Origin: a virus
Virus record (IMG/VR): IMGVR_UViG_3300023184_008808
Location: 1-64,000 of that record
DNA length: 64,000 bases
Reading direction: 5' to 3' (one strand)
Translations under genes and position numbers: made by a program
Notes under the pieces: generated by a model
The model's database searches: none
Told to the model about the DNA's origin: nothing
The model's input: only the letters and a program-made list of their open reading frames with translations
Shown: one piece after another, positions 19,739 to 29,965 of the stretch
How positions within the stretch are numbered: the first letter of the stretch is position 1
Layout of the letters: each line of letters starts with the position of its first letter

Positions 19739-20059
19739 ATGGATTATTCAATAACGCAACAAGAAATTCTTGCTTTTGCCAAACAAATTTACACGGCTGG
19801 TTTTGGTGGATATCTTGATTTGTGTGACAATTGTTGCAGTAAAATGGTCGAAGAGTTTTTGGCAAATAAGAAAACTATAACGCCTCATACTACTTTAACA
19901 GTGCCTCAAAATAGTCTGCAGTCAGTTAGTATACCGAATATGTCGAATGCTTGGCAAAATATTCAGGTTTACAGTGCAGACTCAACATATGCGGCAAATA
20001 GCGTTTTGGTGACCGGTGGTCATCCGCAACAAGAGCAACAAGAGCAACAAGAAAGGTAG
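19739..20059 (+). CDS. hypothetical protein with QQE repeats at the C-terminus
   Basis: SD GAGGT. Confidence 0.65.
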   Translation: MDYSITQQEILAFAKQIYTAGFGGYLDLCDNCCSKMVEEFLANKKTITPHTTLTVPQNSLQSVSIPNMSNAWQNIQVYSADSTYAANSVLVTGGHPQQEQQEQQER

Positions 20060-20063
20060 ATCA

Positions 20064-20441
20064 ATGGCTAAGAGCAAAATTTTGACAACAACTTCTGATG
20101 TTTTTTCCCCTGAAATTCCAATTCTGGGACAGGGCAGTAAAACTCCAAAAATCAAGAATGTAAAGCCGTGTGGTTCGCAAGTTTTGGTTGAAATTCTTAC
20201 TCCTCAAGAAATGATGGGTACGGATTTGACCGTCACTAATAAAATTGATCTTAAAGTGCCTTTGCAAGGTTATGTTAGGGCAGTTGGTCCTTCTTTTAAG
20301 TCTGAAGATTATGGCTATAAAATTGGTGACAGGGTTCTTATCTCTGGAACTGGTGTCATGGCTCCTTTGTACGATGATTGTCATCGAGATCGATTTTTTA
20401 TGGAGCCCCATGCAATCAAGAGCGTTTTGGTTGAAGAATGA
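20064..20441 (+). CDS. groES: co-chaperonin GroES-like protein
   Basis: VKPCGSQVLVE, GYVRAVGP, KIGDRVLI. Confidence 0.8.
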   Translation: MAKSKILTTTSDVFSPEIPILGQGSKTPKIKNVKPCGSQVLVEILTPQEMMGTDLTVTNKIDLKVPLQGYVRAVGPSFKSEDYGYKIGDRVLISGTGVMAPLYDDCHRDRFFMEPHAIKSVLVEE

Positions 20442-21508
20442 ATAAATGCTATGAAGTCTTAGGAGTTCCTAAGACTGCCAGTCAAGAAGATATTCAAAAA
20501 GCCTATCGTCAAAAGGCTAAAGAGCATCACCCAGATAGAAATCCGGGTGATGCTGACGCACAGCGTCGATTTCGTGAAATACAAGAAGCTTACGACACTC
20601 TTAGCGACCCGATCAAAAGAAATCAATATGATCGTGTTGGCAATTCCATGCATTTTCGCAGTCATGGATCAGGATTTGATCCTACCATGAATCCATTTGC
20701 GGACATGATGAGTGAGATGTTTAAAAATCCAACTTTTCAAGGTCGCAATCTTCAAATGCGACTTGATGTTTCTTTTGAAGAAGCTTTTACAGGTTGTGTA
20801 AAAGAAGTAAACATAAAAGTTAAAAATCGTTGTGTAACTTGTAACGGTCATGGCCAAACGAGCACAGAATCTTGTTCTTTGTGTAGTGGGCAAGGATTTG
20901 TCAATGTAAATAATGCTCCTTTTGAGATTAGAACTGGTTGTCCAAACTGCAATTCCACAGGAAAAATAAATTTAAAACCTTGCTCTGACTGCAATAGCAC
21001 GGGCAATCTTCCCGGTTATCGTGAAAAGAAAATAAATATTCAAATTCCTTCTGGAATTGATAACGGTGCAGTTATTCGAATCAAAGCAGAAGGAGAAGAA
21101 TCTGTCCGAGGTGGTGGAAGACCGGGAGATTTACTTGTTCATATTGTAGTGCCTGAACATCCAATCTATCGTCGTCAAGGTGCTGATTTAATTGTTGATA
21201 TACCTGTATCATATGCAGAATTGGCATTAGGTTCAGAAATATCTTTACCTTATTTTCAAGGTGAAAAATTATCACTCAAAGTTCCTGCAGGTACTCAAAG
21301 CCATAGTAAACTAAAATTGACAGGAAAAGGTGGAGTGTTACCTAATGGTCTTATTGGCGATTTGATTGTTACTTTGAAGGTTGAAACCGTAAAAAATCCT
21401 GATGAAAATTATTTAAAAATACTTGAACAATTAGCCACTTTAGAAAAAAATCATGTTGATTCAAGAAGAGCAGCATGGCAGAAAAAAATAGATTCAACAA
21501 CTACATAA
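20438..21508 (+). CDS. dnaJ: chaperone DnaJ
   Basis: HPD J-domain, four CxxCxxxG repeats, C-terminal domains. Confidence 0.95.
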   Translation: MNKCYEVLGVPKTASQEDIQKAYRQKAKEHHPDRNPGDADAQRRFREIQEAYDTLSDPIKRNQYDRVGNSMHFRSHGSGFDPTMNPFADMMSEMFKNPTFQGRNLQMRLDVSFEEAFTGCVKEVNIKVKNRCVTCNGHGQTSTESCSLCSGQGFVNVNNAPFEIRTGCPNCNSTGKINLKPCSDCNSTGNLPGYREKKINIQIPSGIDNGAVIRIKAEGEESVRGGGRPGDLLVHIVVPEHPIYRRQGADLIVDIPVSYAELALGSEISLPYFQGEKLSLKVPAGTQSHSKLKLTGKGGVLPNGLIGDLIVTLKVETVKNPDENYLKILEQLATLEKNHVDSRRAAWQKKIDSTTT

Positions 21509-21539
21509 TGAATAGGAAAATGATCTCCAAGGAGCAAAG

Positions 21540-21743
21540 ATGAATAATCTAAATAACAAGTTTTTCTGGATAGTTATCGGATTAACATGTGTCATGCTGA
21601 CAGTTGGAATTGGCGGTAAGGTTTTTATGGATCGTGTAGTTGATGCTACAGTTGCTAGGTTAAAGAAGGAATATAGTCCTTCTCCTTATGGACCCGGCAT
21701 TGATCCTGATAAGATCGATATGTCTAAAATTAGCAAAAACTAA
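21540..21743 (+). CDS. small membrane protein
   Basis: One TM; SD AAGGAG. Confidence 0.7.
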   Translation: MNNLNNKFFWIVIGLTCVMLTVGIGGKVFMDRVVDATVARLKKEYSPSPYGPGIDPDKIDMSKISKN

Positions 21744-22087
21744 TTTACTTTACAATATTTTATTTGTGATGGCGTATCTGAATTATCTCCCGGCAATCTT
21801 ATCATATGAACTGTCATTATTTTGCCGATTTCAGGTTTGCCATCAATTCTTTTGTACTCATCTTTGTTGAAGAACATTTTAGAGCCATCATCAAGTTGCA
21901 CAAAAATAGGGTTGCGACGATGAATTAGAATTGCTATTTTTCCCTGTTTAACTGTTTTTGGTAGGCTTAAGTCCATATCTGGCATTTTGTAACTTTTAAC
22001 CCATGAAAACATACTTTCACTATAAATTGCACCAAATTTTTCTATGCAATCATTGATAGCGGTATATTCTTGAAAATTGTTGTACAT
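21740..22087 (-). CDS. hypothetical protein with a capsid-targeting-like N-terminus
   Basis: MYNNFQEY; TACATA upstream on the minus strand. Confidence 0.65.
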   Translation of the reverse strand: MYNNFQEYTAINDCIEKFGAIYSESMFSWVKSYKMPDMDLSLPKTVKQGKIAILIHRRNPIFVQLDDGSKMFFNKDEYKRIDGKPEIGKIMTVHMIRLPGDNSDTPSQIKYCKVN

Positions 22088-22131
22088 GCTTACTCTTGTA
22101 GTATGACCCCTTACAACTATGTAGTCTAAAT

Positions 22132-22431
22132 ATGGATAGAAAATACAATATCACTTCCGCTTCCACAATTCTTAATATGGTCTTTTCTTTTAAGGCTGAA
22201 GACAGCAATGATGTTCTTGTGGTTCAAGCTGGTGTTGATTCTTTTAATGAAAAAGTTTATTTTTTGGGAGATTTAATTGAAGGAATTGATTACGAGGAAT
22301 TAGAAAAAACTATTATAGATTATATAAGACCTCCTGATATCAATGTTCCAAAAATTCCTGATGTTGTTAAGCAAAAGATTGATGAAATAATTGAGAACAA
22401 ATATGACACAAGAGGTCTTTTTAACTCTTAA
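22132..22431 (+). CDS. hypothetical protein
   Basis: ORF. Confidence 0.6.
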   Translation: MDRKYNITSASTILNMVFSFKAEDSNDVLVVQAGVDSFNEKVYFLGDLIEGIDYEELEKTIIDYIRPPDINVPKIPDVVKQKIDEIIENKYDTRGLFNS

Positions 22432-22439
22432 GGATAATT

Positions 22440-22799
22440 ATGGGAAGTAATTCAACTGATAATATCAATTTTAAAGTCGTCACTCCTAACAGTGCTGGAG
22501 ATAGACCTAATTCTAAACTTTTCACTATGACTTTAGAAAAGGTCAACAAATGGCTTGATAATAAAAAGATTGATCCTAAGATAACAATTCAATTAAAAAA
22601 AATGGCTGCTGTTTATCCACAACAAGCTTTAGAAAATTGGGTGAAAAATTATAAACATCATTTGACCAATGCTCGTAAATCATTAAAATTGGCTGCACCA
22701 GAAAAAACTCCAGAATTAGGTGATGAATTACCCAAATCAAATTTGAGTGTTAATTCAATCCAATTAAATGAGGCTCCGAAAATAGATGAATTTGAATAA
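22440..22799 (+). CDS. hypothetical protein
   Basis: SD AAGGA. Confidence 0.65.
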   Translation: MGSNSTDNINFKVVTPNSAGDRPNSKLFTMTLEKVNKWLDNKKIDPKITIQLKKMAAVYPQQALENWVKNYKHHLTNARKSLKLAAPEKTPELGDELPKSNLSVNSIQLNEAPKIDEFE

Positions 22800-23235
22800 A
22801 ATTCCTGTTGAAATTGTTGCAGATTCACCAGATTTTATCCCTCAGTATAAAACATATGGCTCTGCTGCAGCAGATCTTGTTGCTAATATACCAAATGGCG
22901 AAATTAGTCTTCTCCCCGGTTGTAGCACAATTGTTGATGTTGGATTTTCTATGGCTTTACCAGTTGGTTGGGAAGCTCAAGTTCGTCCTCGTAGTGGGTT
23001 AGCTGCTGAATTTCAATTACAAGTAACCAATAGTCCGGGAACGATTGATAGTGATTATCGAGGAAGAGTTAAAGTAATTCTCAACAATGCAGGGCAGCGT
23101 TCAATCATTATAAAACATGGTGAACGATTTGCTCAAATTTGCATTAAGCCAGTTTTTATTTTTGATTGGCGACAAACTGAAAGTTTGCAAGTTACCGAGC
23201 GTGGCAAAGACGGCTTTGGTAGTACAGGCAAATAG
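22786..23235 (+). CDS. dut: trimeric dUTPase
   Basis: RPRSGLA, GTIDSDYRG, GERFAQ, RGKDGFGSTG. Confidence 0.96.
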   Translation: MNLNKIPVEIVADSPDFIPQYKTYGSAAADLVANIPNGEISLLPGCSTIVDVGFSMALPVGWEAQVRPRSGLAAEFQLQVTNSPGTIDSDYRGRVKVILNNAGQRSIIIKHGERFAQICIKPVFIFDWRQTESLQVTERGKDGFGSTGK

Positions 23236-23243
23236 GAGTAAAC

Positions 23244-23456
23244 ATGAAAGTATTTGCTATAATCAGTATCGCTAGGCAAGTAGATGGCGAGTATGTAGTT
23301 TGTAAGGTTGAAAAAGCATATAAAACGGCTGGTAAGGCGGATGAGGAGTCTAAAAAATTAGCTCGTAATTATGCTGAAACTATCGTTACACCTTCAGGTT
23401 CTATTCAATGCGTTTGTGAACGAGGTGTTTTTGAAATTGATGTTGATGAAACTTAA
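23244..23456 (+). CDS. hypothetical protein
   Basis: SD AGGAG. Confidence 0.7.
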   Translation: MKVFAIISIARQVDGEYVVCKVEKAYKTAGKADEESKKLARNYAETIVTPSGSIQCVCERGVFEIDVDET

Positions 23457-23491
23457 ACTAAGACACTATTTTAAGAAACAAGGAGATATTT

Positions 23492-24232
23492 ATGGCTGAA
23501 TCAAATAACATGGTGCACAACCCTTTAGAAGGGGAACGCCCCGAAATGACAATTAAACTTCACGAGAATTCTGAAGATCATATTTCAATTATTATTGTTC
23601 ATAAAGATCGACCTGAGTATTTAAATATTTGTCTTCAGTCAATTGCTGTTACATCTTTTAACAACAATTACGAAATCATTGTAGTCGATAATGGAAGTGG
23701 CAAAGAAAGCCAAGATTTTTTAAATGATATCGATGGTGAAGTAAAAGTTGTTCGCAATGATAAAAATCTTTATTGGTCAGCTGCTTGCAATAAAGGTGCT
23801 CAAGCCGCAGATAAAAATAGTAAATATTTTATTTTCATGCATTGCGATGTTGTTGTTTTGAATCCTGCATGGATTGATCTTCTTGTAAATGTCTCTGAAG
23901 CTCAACAAGCTGGAATGGTTGGAATTGACACCTCTTCTTATATGATGAGTGGTCAAAAAGTTGATTTCATGCAAGAATATGTGCTTCTATTTACAAAAGA
24001 ATGTTGGAATGATGTTGGACCTTGGCCAGAAACCTTGCCTCAGATTGGTCACAGCTTCATTTTGACCATGAAGGCCCAACAGCGTGGTCACAAGCCTCAA
24101 ATCATGAAGAATCAAATTGTGCATCACTATCGCAACTTTAGTCTAAATATTAGCGAATACGAACGCATGGTTGATCAAGCTATGACAAGTCTTCCGAAGC
24201 ATCTTTCGGAAATACAAAGTCGCCCAGTTTAA
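23492..24232 (+). CDS. GT2 glycosyltransferase
   Basis: ISIIIV, IIVVDNGS, ACNKG, FMHCD. Confidence 0.85.
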   Translation: MAESNNMVHNPLEGERPEMTIKLHENSEDHISIIIVHKDRPEYLNICLQSIAVTSFNNNYEIIVVDNGSGKESQDFLNDIDGEVKVVRNDKNLYWSAACNKGAQAADKNSKYFIFMHCDVVVLNPAWIDLLVNVSEAQQAGMVGIDTSSYMMSGQKVDFMQEYVLLFTKECWNDVGPWPETLPQIGHSFILTMKAQQRGHKPQIMKNQIVHHYRNFSLNISEYERMVDQAMTSLPKHLSEIQSRPV

Positions 24233-24702
24233 GATTTAGATTCAAGTTTTTTCATAAATTTGCTCCATTCATTATTCACCCAAATTATTGGTGGGTGAGT
24301 TGAATAATGGGCTGCATAAGCCATGGAAAATATTTCTTCGTCATTTTGCATCAAGGCTTTTTTCTGTGCTTTTTTGTCAAATTTAGCAATTTGTTGCTTT
24401 TTAGTTTTTTCAACAAGTTCAGACCATTCTTTTCTTAAATTTTTTGTCATCATATATTCATAAACTAAATGAGCTATTTCATGAAGTGTTGTGAACATGC
24501 GACTGTAGTTCCATGGTGCTGCAACCACAATTTTGTCGTGATGAATATAGCCAATATGTTGATTATCACCCTTTAAAGTATTTCCGGGCGTATATCTGAA
24601 TTTATAGCCATTAAGTAACTGCCTATGTTTTTCTGGAATCATATCCAGCATACGCTCTACATTTTTGCTTTCTTCAGTTTCTAAGAAAAGTTTGAAGTTC
24701 AT
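24229..24702 (-). CDS. zincin-like metallopeptidase with a capsid-targeting-like N-terminus
   Basis: HEIAH...EEIFS; MNFKLFLE. Confidence 0.7.
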   Translation of the reverse strand: MNFKLFLETEESKNVERMLDMIPEKHRQLLNGYKFRYTPGNTLKGDNQHIGYIHHDKIVVAAPWNYSRMFTTLHEIAHLVYEYMMTKNLRKEWSELVEKTKKQQIAKFDKKAQKKALMQNDEEIFSMAYAAHYSTHPPIIWVNNEWSKFMKKLESKS

Positions 24703-24802
24703 CGTGCACTCCAGAGTTCAATCTTACTTATAAATGCTTGTAGATAATCAATCTCAACAATTAAATAAACAGTCAGGTATAAATAGATAAAAGAGGTGAA
24801 TC

Positions 24803-26362
24803 ATGGATAGTATTCTTAATTTTCCAAATGGATCAAAAACTGGCCCCTTAGAAGTAAATGTTACATCAGGTTTAGTTGGAATTTTATCTGGAAACATATC
24901 AATTTATACGGCAAGTGGTGCAGTAAGTCAGGGAAATCCTTTGCCAGTTGATATTGGTGGTGGCACCGTAAATATCAATGTCGCATCAGGTACAAATTTA
25001 AATGTTTCTGTTACATCAGGACAATTTTCAATTTTGTCTGGCAAAGTAAGTGTTTCTTCTGGAAACACTTCTCTTTATACATCTAGTGGAACAATTGGTC
25101 AGACAAATCCTCTTCCAGTTTCAATTTCATCAGGAGCATTTTCAAACAATATTGTTCCAATTAGTTTTGCAACAGGAACAACAGATGCGTTTGGAAGACT
25201 GAGAGTAAGCAATCCATTCACTCTTTTTGATAGTCAACATCGCTATCAAATTAGCGATAAGTGGAATTATCAAACTACAACTGGTGGTTCAACTTTCTAT
25301 GATGTAAACGGTAGTCTAGTCAACTTGAACACAAGTTTGACTTCTGGGTCTCAAGTAATTGCTGAGACAAAAAGAGTAATGCCTTATCAGCCCGGAAAAT
25401 CATTGCTTATTTACAGTACATTTACAATGTCGTCTGCTCAAAACAATTTGAGACAAAGAATAGGTTATTTTGGAGAACAGAACGGAATTTATTTTGAAGT
25501 AGATGGAACATCAATCAATTTTGTTAAAAGAAGTTATGTTAATGGAAGTGTTGTAGAAACTAAAGCTACAAGACTTTCAGGAGATGGTTGGAATGTAGAT
25601 AACTTAGATGGAAATGGGCCTAGCGGTTATAATATTTCAGATTATAGCAGTTCTTTTATTTTCTTTATTGAGATTGAGTGGCTTGGCGTTGGAGATGTTC
25701 GTGTTGGGTTTATTCTTAATGGAGCTTATGTTCCATGTCATGTTTTCAAGCATACTCCAGCAGGTGATAGCCCAATAAGTGGAACATATATGACAACTGC
25801 TTGTTTGCCTTTGAGAGCAGAAATTACAAACAAAGGCCCAATTACTTCTTCAGGTAATTTGAAGCAAATTTGCAACAGTGTTATTTCAGAAGGTGGATAT
25901 GAAGGATTTAGCAGGCGTTATAATGCCGATTTGGGAACAAGTCCTAAAAACCTTGTGAATGCAGATCAATTGTATCCAATTGTTTCTATTCGTCTTGCTT
26001 CAGGAAGATTGGATTCAATTGTTGTTCCATCAAATTTGAATGCAATTGTCACAAGTAATCAAGATATACAATATAGGATTGTTTTAAATCCAACTTTAGT
26101 TGGTGCTTCTTGGCAGACACATTATCAAGGAAATGTTCAATATGATACTTCTGCTACATCTTTAGCGAGTGGTAGTGGAACTAATGTTGTTGGTGGTTAT
26201 GTTAACAAACAAGGTTCTCTTGATATTACTAGCATAAATCAATTCAATTTTCAAATTGGAAGACTTCTTGATGGAACAAGTGAGATTTTGACTATTGCCA
26301 TGGCAGGAACATCAGCAAACACGAAAGTTTTGGCTGATCTATCATGGTTTGAGATTATTTGA
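24803..26362 (+). CDS. virion structural protein (Ser/Gly/Thr-rich)
   Basis: DAFGRLRVSNPFTLFDS, YQPGKS, EWLGVG; TATAAATA upstream. Confidence 0.75.
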   Translation: MDSILNFPNGSKTGPLEVNVTSGLVGILSGNISIYTASGAVSQGNPLPVDIGGGTVNINVASGTNLNVSVTSGQFSILSGKVSVSSGNTSLYTSSGTIGQTNPLPVSISSGAFSNNIVPISFATGTTDAFGRLRVSNPFTLFDSQHRYQISDKWNYQTTTGGSTFYDVNGSLVNLNTSLTSGSQVIAETKRVMPYQPGKSLLIYSTFTMSSAQNNLRQRIGYFGEQNGIYFEVDGTSINFVKRSYVNGSVVETKATRLSGDGWNVDNLDGNGPSGYNISDYSSSFIFFIEIEWLGVGDVRVGFILNGAYVPCHVFKHTPAGDSPISGTYMTTACLPLRAEITNKGPITSSGNLKQICNSVISEGGYEGFSRRYNADLGTSPKNLVNADQLYPIVSIRLASGRLDSIVVPSNLNAIVTSNQDIQYRIVLNPTLVGASWQTHYQGNVQYDTSATSLASGSGTNVVGGYVNKQGSLDITSINQFNFQIGRLLDGTSEILTIAMAGTSANTKVLADLSWFEII

Positions 26363-26657
26363 TTTATAATTTTTTAAAACTTTTATCATATGCTTTTTAT
26401 AACTTTAGGGTTTATTTGATTGCCTTAAATAAAAAGCCGTATTAAGTCTTTAAAATAGTATAGTTGATGAATCGACCTTGATTGACGAAAAGCTTTGAGA
26501 GGCAGCAATTCTCAACTATCATTAAATAATTAGCGGTGGTTGAAAAACTAGCTTACAAATAATTTTGTTTGGTGCATTATTGATAATCCCTTGGTGCAAG
26601 CTACGGGATTCTTTCTTTTCATTTACAAAATAATATAGTTCTAACTCTAAATAAGGC

Positions 26658-27392
26658 ATGTCTAAGCAAAGATCTAAATCTGCCAAATCTTCCAAGGTTG
26701 AAAAACCAACAAATCAACCTTCATCTGGAAAGAGACAGCCTTTTCATTTGGAATTCCTTAACCAAGCACAAAAAATGGCTTGGGCAGCCTTTGATCAACA
26801 CGATGTGTTGTTTTTATTGGGTTCGCCCGGAACAGGTAAGAGTCATCTTGCTTGTGCTTTTGCCATAAGTGAAATTCTTGCTAAAAAGAAAAAGAAAATT
26901 GTTTTGACTCGCCCAATTGTTGAAGCTGGCGAGTCTCTTGGTTATTTGCCCGGAACTTTTGAAGAAAAAGTTAATCCATATATGTTGCCACTTTTTGATT
27001 GTATGGATCGTTGTTTGGGCACTGAAGGTCCGCAAAGAGAAATAGTAAATAAAAGTGTGGAATTAGCTCCTATTGCATACATGAGGGGACGCACTTTCCA
27101 CGATGCTGTTTGTATTTTTGACGAAGCTCAAAATGCAACATTTAATCAATTGAAATTGTTTCTCAGTCGCTTTGGACAAAATAGTAAAGTTATCATTACT
27201 GGAGATCCTTTTCAAAGTGATTTAAGGCCTCAAGATCGTGCTCTTATGCAGATAGTTGATAAACTTTCATCGTTAAAAGGAATTGGAATAATTAACTTTA
27301 AAGCAAGTTCTATCGTGCGTCATCCGCTGATTGGAGCTATTATGGAAAAATTAGAAGGAAAAAAGGAGGAAGATGGCACTTGTAGTTCCTAA
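26658..27392 (+). CDS. phoH: PhoH-family ATPase
   Basis: GSPGTGKS, LTRP, LGYLPG, YMRGRTF, DEAQN, GDPFQSD. Confidence 0.95.
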   Translation: MSKQRSKSAKSSKVEKPTNQPSSGKRQPFHLEFLNQAQKMAWAAFDQHDVLFLLGSPGTGKSHLACAFAISEILAKKKKKIVLTRPIVEAGESLGYLPGTFEEKVNPYMLPLFDCMDRCLGTEGPQREIVNKSVELAPIAYMRGRTFHDAVCIFDEAQNATFNQLKLFLSRFGQNSKVIITGDPFQSDLRPQDRALMQIVDKLSSLKGIGIINFKASSIVRHPLIGAIMEKLEGKKEEDGTCSS

Positions 27393-27789
27393 TGAGGGAG
27401 AAATTGAACTCCTTAAAAAAGTTTTAATTAACACTACAGACACAGAAGATTTTCTTTTGCGTTTGTACAATAATAATTACGCACCAGATGAAAACAGTAC
27501 ATTGACTAGCTTTACAGAGGCTGGTTTTACAAATTATTCTGAGAAAACAATTACTCGGGGTGATTGGAGCAATCCTCCAACTATGGACCCACTGAATAAG
27601 GCTCAATGTCAAGTTACAGTTCAATCTTGGACATGTGGTTTGACTGGCAATACTGTTTACGGCTATTACATTGTTGGTAGTGTTTCGGGTAAAATTCTTT
27701 GGGCTGAACAATTCAATGTGGCAAGGGTTTTAGCTGATGGTGACATTTTAAATGTGACACCTATCTTTAATCTCAGCAGCGCCAACTAA
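27373..27789 (+). CDS. probable virion structural protein
   Basis: LRLYNNN..P...FTEA.F..Y, TVYGYY, LWAEQF; beta-rich. Confidence 0.65.
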   Translation: MALVVPNEGEIELLKKVLINTTDTEDFLLRLYNNNYAPDENSTLTSFTEAGFTNYSEKTITRGDWSNPPTMDPLNKAQCQVTVQSWTCGLTGNTVYGYYIVGSVSGKILWAEQFNVARVLADGDILNVTPIFNLSSAN

Positions 27790-27811
27790 AAATCATTCAT
27801 ATTTTTATATT

Positions 27812-27845
27812 ATCCCCGATTTCAATATTCGGGGATTTACTTTTT
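27812..27845 (+). terminator. intrinsic terminator
   Basis: ATCCCCGA/TCGGGGAT followed by a T-run. Confidence 0.7.
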
Positions 27846-27864
27846 ACTGGTCTACATACCATAT

Positions 27865-29601
27865 ATGACCACATATAACGAGTTGATGTCTGGTGGAATA
27901 GAGAATGGCGATACTGCACTCGTATTTGCTGTATTTAATAATGAATTGATATCGGGCGGGATAGAAAGTGGCGATACTGCACTTGTATTTGCTGTATTTA
28001 ATACAGACATGAGTGCTAGTGGCCTTTTGGCAAATGGTTCTGCTATAGTTAGTTGTGAAATTAACTTTGCCTCTTCTAGTGGAATTGAAATTGGCGGAGA
28101 AGCAATAGTTATAGAAAGAATGGTTTACCGCTCTGATGGTGGTCCTATTCTTACTGGCGGTGCATCTAGTTTTGTTCTTAGATTGTATTTTGAACAGCAA
28201 ATCAATTGGAATGTTAATCAAAATATTTTTGTTGACCAAAATTTTTCTTGGGTAACTGGACTTCCGCCTTTTCGTTGGTGGCGTGTACAGGGATCTTGTA
28301 ATTATCCAACAGCAGCTGGAAGTGGATTGCCTACAGGAGATCAATTTCCCGGCGGTCTTGATGTCATGGGCATAGAAACTGATGATGTTAAGTGTGTTGG
28401 TGCAATTGGAAAGCAACAATTTATTCAGCAGATTCTTGCAAGAACAGCATCAGAAGTTTGTGAAGAGCTAAGAAAAAGTAAGCTAGATTGGCAAATAGTT
28501 GGAATGAAAAGATGGAGTCGCCCTGCTGATCCTTCTGTTGTTCAAGCACAAGAGCAAGCTGGAATAGCTGATTATGGGAATAAATTGGAAGATGTGCCAT
28601 ATCAAACTTTGCCTGCATGTATTGAATTTACTTTTCAAACCAAAGCCATCACTCATATTCGTGCCACGACAATTTTAATTGATAGTTTGTACTTTTATGC
28701 AGGTTCAGGTACTATAAGAACTAGTGGTGCTGCTGATACTGATATTTTAAGTGGCGGAACTACTCCAACTGTTGCGTCGTTTAATTATGTTAGCAATGGT
28801 CAAATTATTGAGACTGGTGGATCAGCAATAGTAATAAGTTCTGTGGATGTTGATCACATTACCGAAATGTTGGTGACAACAACAATTGAAGAAAATGTTG
28901 TTTTTACAATTCAAGATAATTTGCCATCAATTATACCGCCATCAAATTCTACTGCTACAGGTTGTGCAACTTGTGGTGCAATGCCTTTACAAATTTTCTT
29001 GCAAAATAATTTGAACAATCCAAGTATTTTATATAATTTCTTGCAACGCAATGGTTATACTTTCCCTAATATTATCACGATGAATTATAATGCTAGACTT
29101 GAAACATGGGTTTCTCAATTGCATTATGCTGGAATTTCTGATAATGAGTCTTGGAGATTTAGCTTTGAAATGGGATGTGTGACTGAATATGGTGCTGAAA
29201 GTACAGGAACTCCTGCCATTAAGTTTGCAATTAGCATAATGAAAAAAAATATTGATACAAATACAGATTATGATACACGAATTATTGTTTTGTTTCCTTC
29301 AATAGAATTTTGTAGCACTATCAATAACTTTCTTGAGGATTTTCCTTTTTCAATTGATATAAAAGCCTTTTTTGTAAATGCTCCAAATTCTATTGCACCA
29401 ATTACAGTGTTGGTGTATGATAAAATAGGCATTTTTAGTTCAACTTATTGGGCATCTAATCCAAACCTTAATTTAAGGTTATCGAGCACAAGTAGTTCTA
29501 CAATAGAAGAAAAGCTTGATATTACTTCATTTTTACCTAAGCAAAATACTTTAATAGCACAGGGGTTAAATATCGCTGAGGCTGCGATTCAATTGGAGTA
29601 A
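27865..29601 (+). CDS. probable virion structural protein with an N-terminal 21-aa tandem duplication
   Basis: NELxSGGIExGDTALVFAVF occurs twice; TACATA upstream. Confidence 0.65.
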   Translation: MTTYNELMSGGIENGDTALVFAVFNNELISGGIESGDTALVFAVFNTDMSASGLLANGSAIVSCEINFASSSGIEIGGEAIVIERMVYRSDGGPILTGGASSFVLRLYFEQQINWNVNQNIFVDQNFSWVTGLPPFRWWRVQGSCNYPTAAGSGLPTGDQFPGGLDVMGIETDDVKCVGAIGKQQFIQQILARTASEVCEELRKSKLDWQIVGMKRWSRPADPSVVQAQEQAGIADYGNKLEDVPYQTLPACIEFTFQTKAITHIRATTILIDSLYFYAGSGTIRTSGAADTDILSGGTTPTVASFNYVSNGQIIETGGSAIVISSVDVDHITEMLVTTTIEENVVFTIQDNLPSIIPPSNSTATGCATCGAMPLQIFLQNNLNNPSILYNFLQRNGYTFPNIITMNYNARLETWVSQLHYAGISDNESWRFSFEMGCVTEYGAESTGTPAIKFAISIMKKNIDTNTDYDTRIIVLFPSIEFCSTINNFLEDFPFSIDIKAFFVNAPNSIAPITVLVYDKIGIFSSTYWASNPNLNLRLSSTSSSTIEEKLDITSFLPKQNTLIAQGLNIAEAAIQLE

Positions 29602-29604
29602 TTT

Positions 29605-29952
29605 ATGGAATTTTATTTACTTTGTGCGGTTTTGCTTGTTAGTTTAATTTGTTTAACTTTAACTTTTTTTCTTTCAATCTATGTGGTAAGATCCATGGAC
29701 AGGACTACGATGATGATTCGTGATTTATCATCTATTATTTCTGAGCCTTTGGCCACACAAGCATTGACAAATTCAGATGTGGAGTCACAAGTTAAGACTT
29801 GGGATCAAAAATACGAGGAAGATCTTGAAATGATTCAGCGACGAATTCGTCAAGCTTCTGGTCTTACTGATTTGCGGGATGGCACCTCGTATAATACCCC
29901 TCCTGCTCCCAATTCTCAAGCAGCTGAAGGCCTTAAAATTGTAGATCGTTGA
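29605..29952 (+). CDS. membrane protein
   Basis: N-terminal TM; SD GGAG. Confidence 0.7.
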   Translation: MEFYLLCAVLLVSLICLTLTFFLSIYVVRSMDRTTMMIRDLSSIISEPLATQALTNSDVESQVKTWDQKYEEDLEMIQRRIRQASGLTDLRDGTSYNTPPAPNSQAAEGLKIVDR

Positions 29953-29965
29953 GTTGGCATAAAGG

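Noticed and set aside
26464-26490. Hammerhead-like TTGATGA...GAAA
   Set aside because: Core C is replaced, stem II does not close next to GAAA, and no stems I/III were found.
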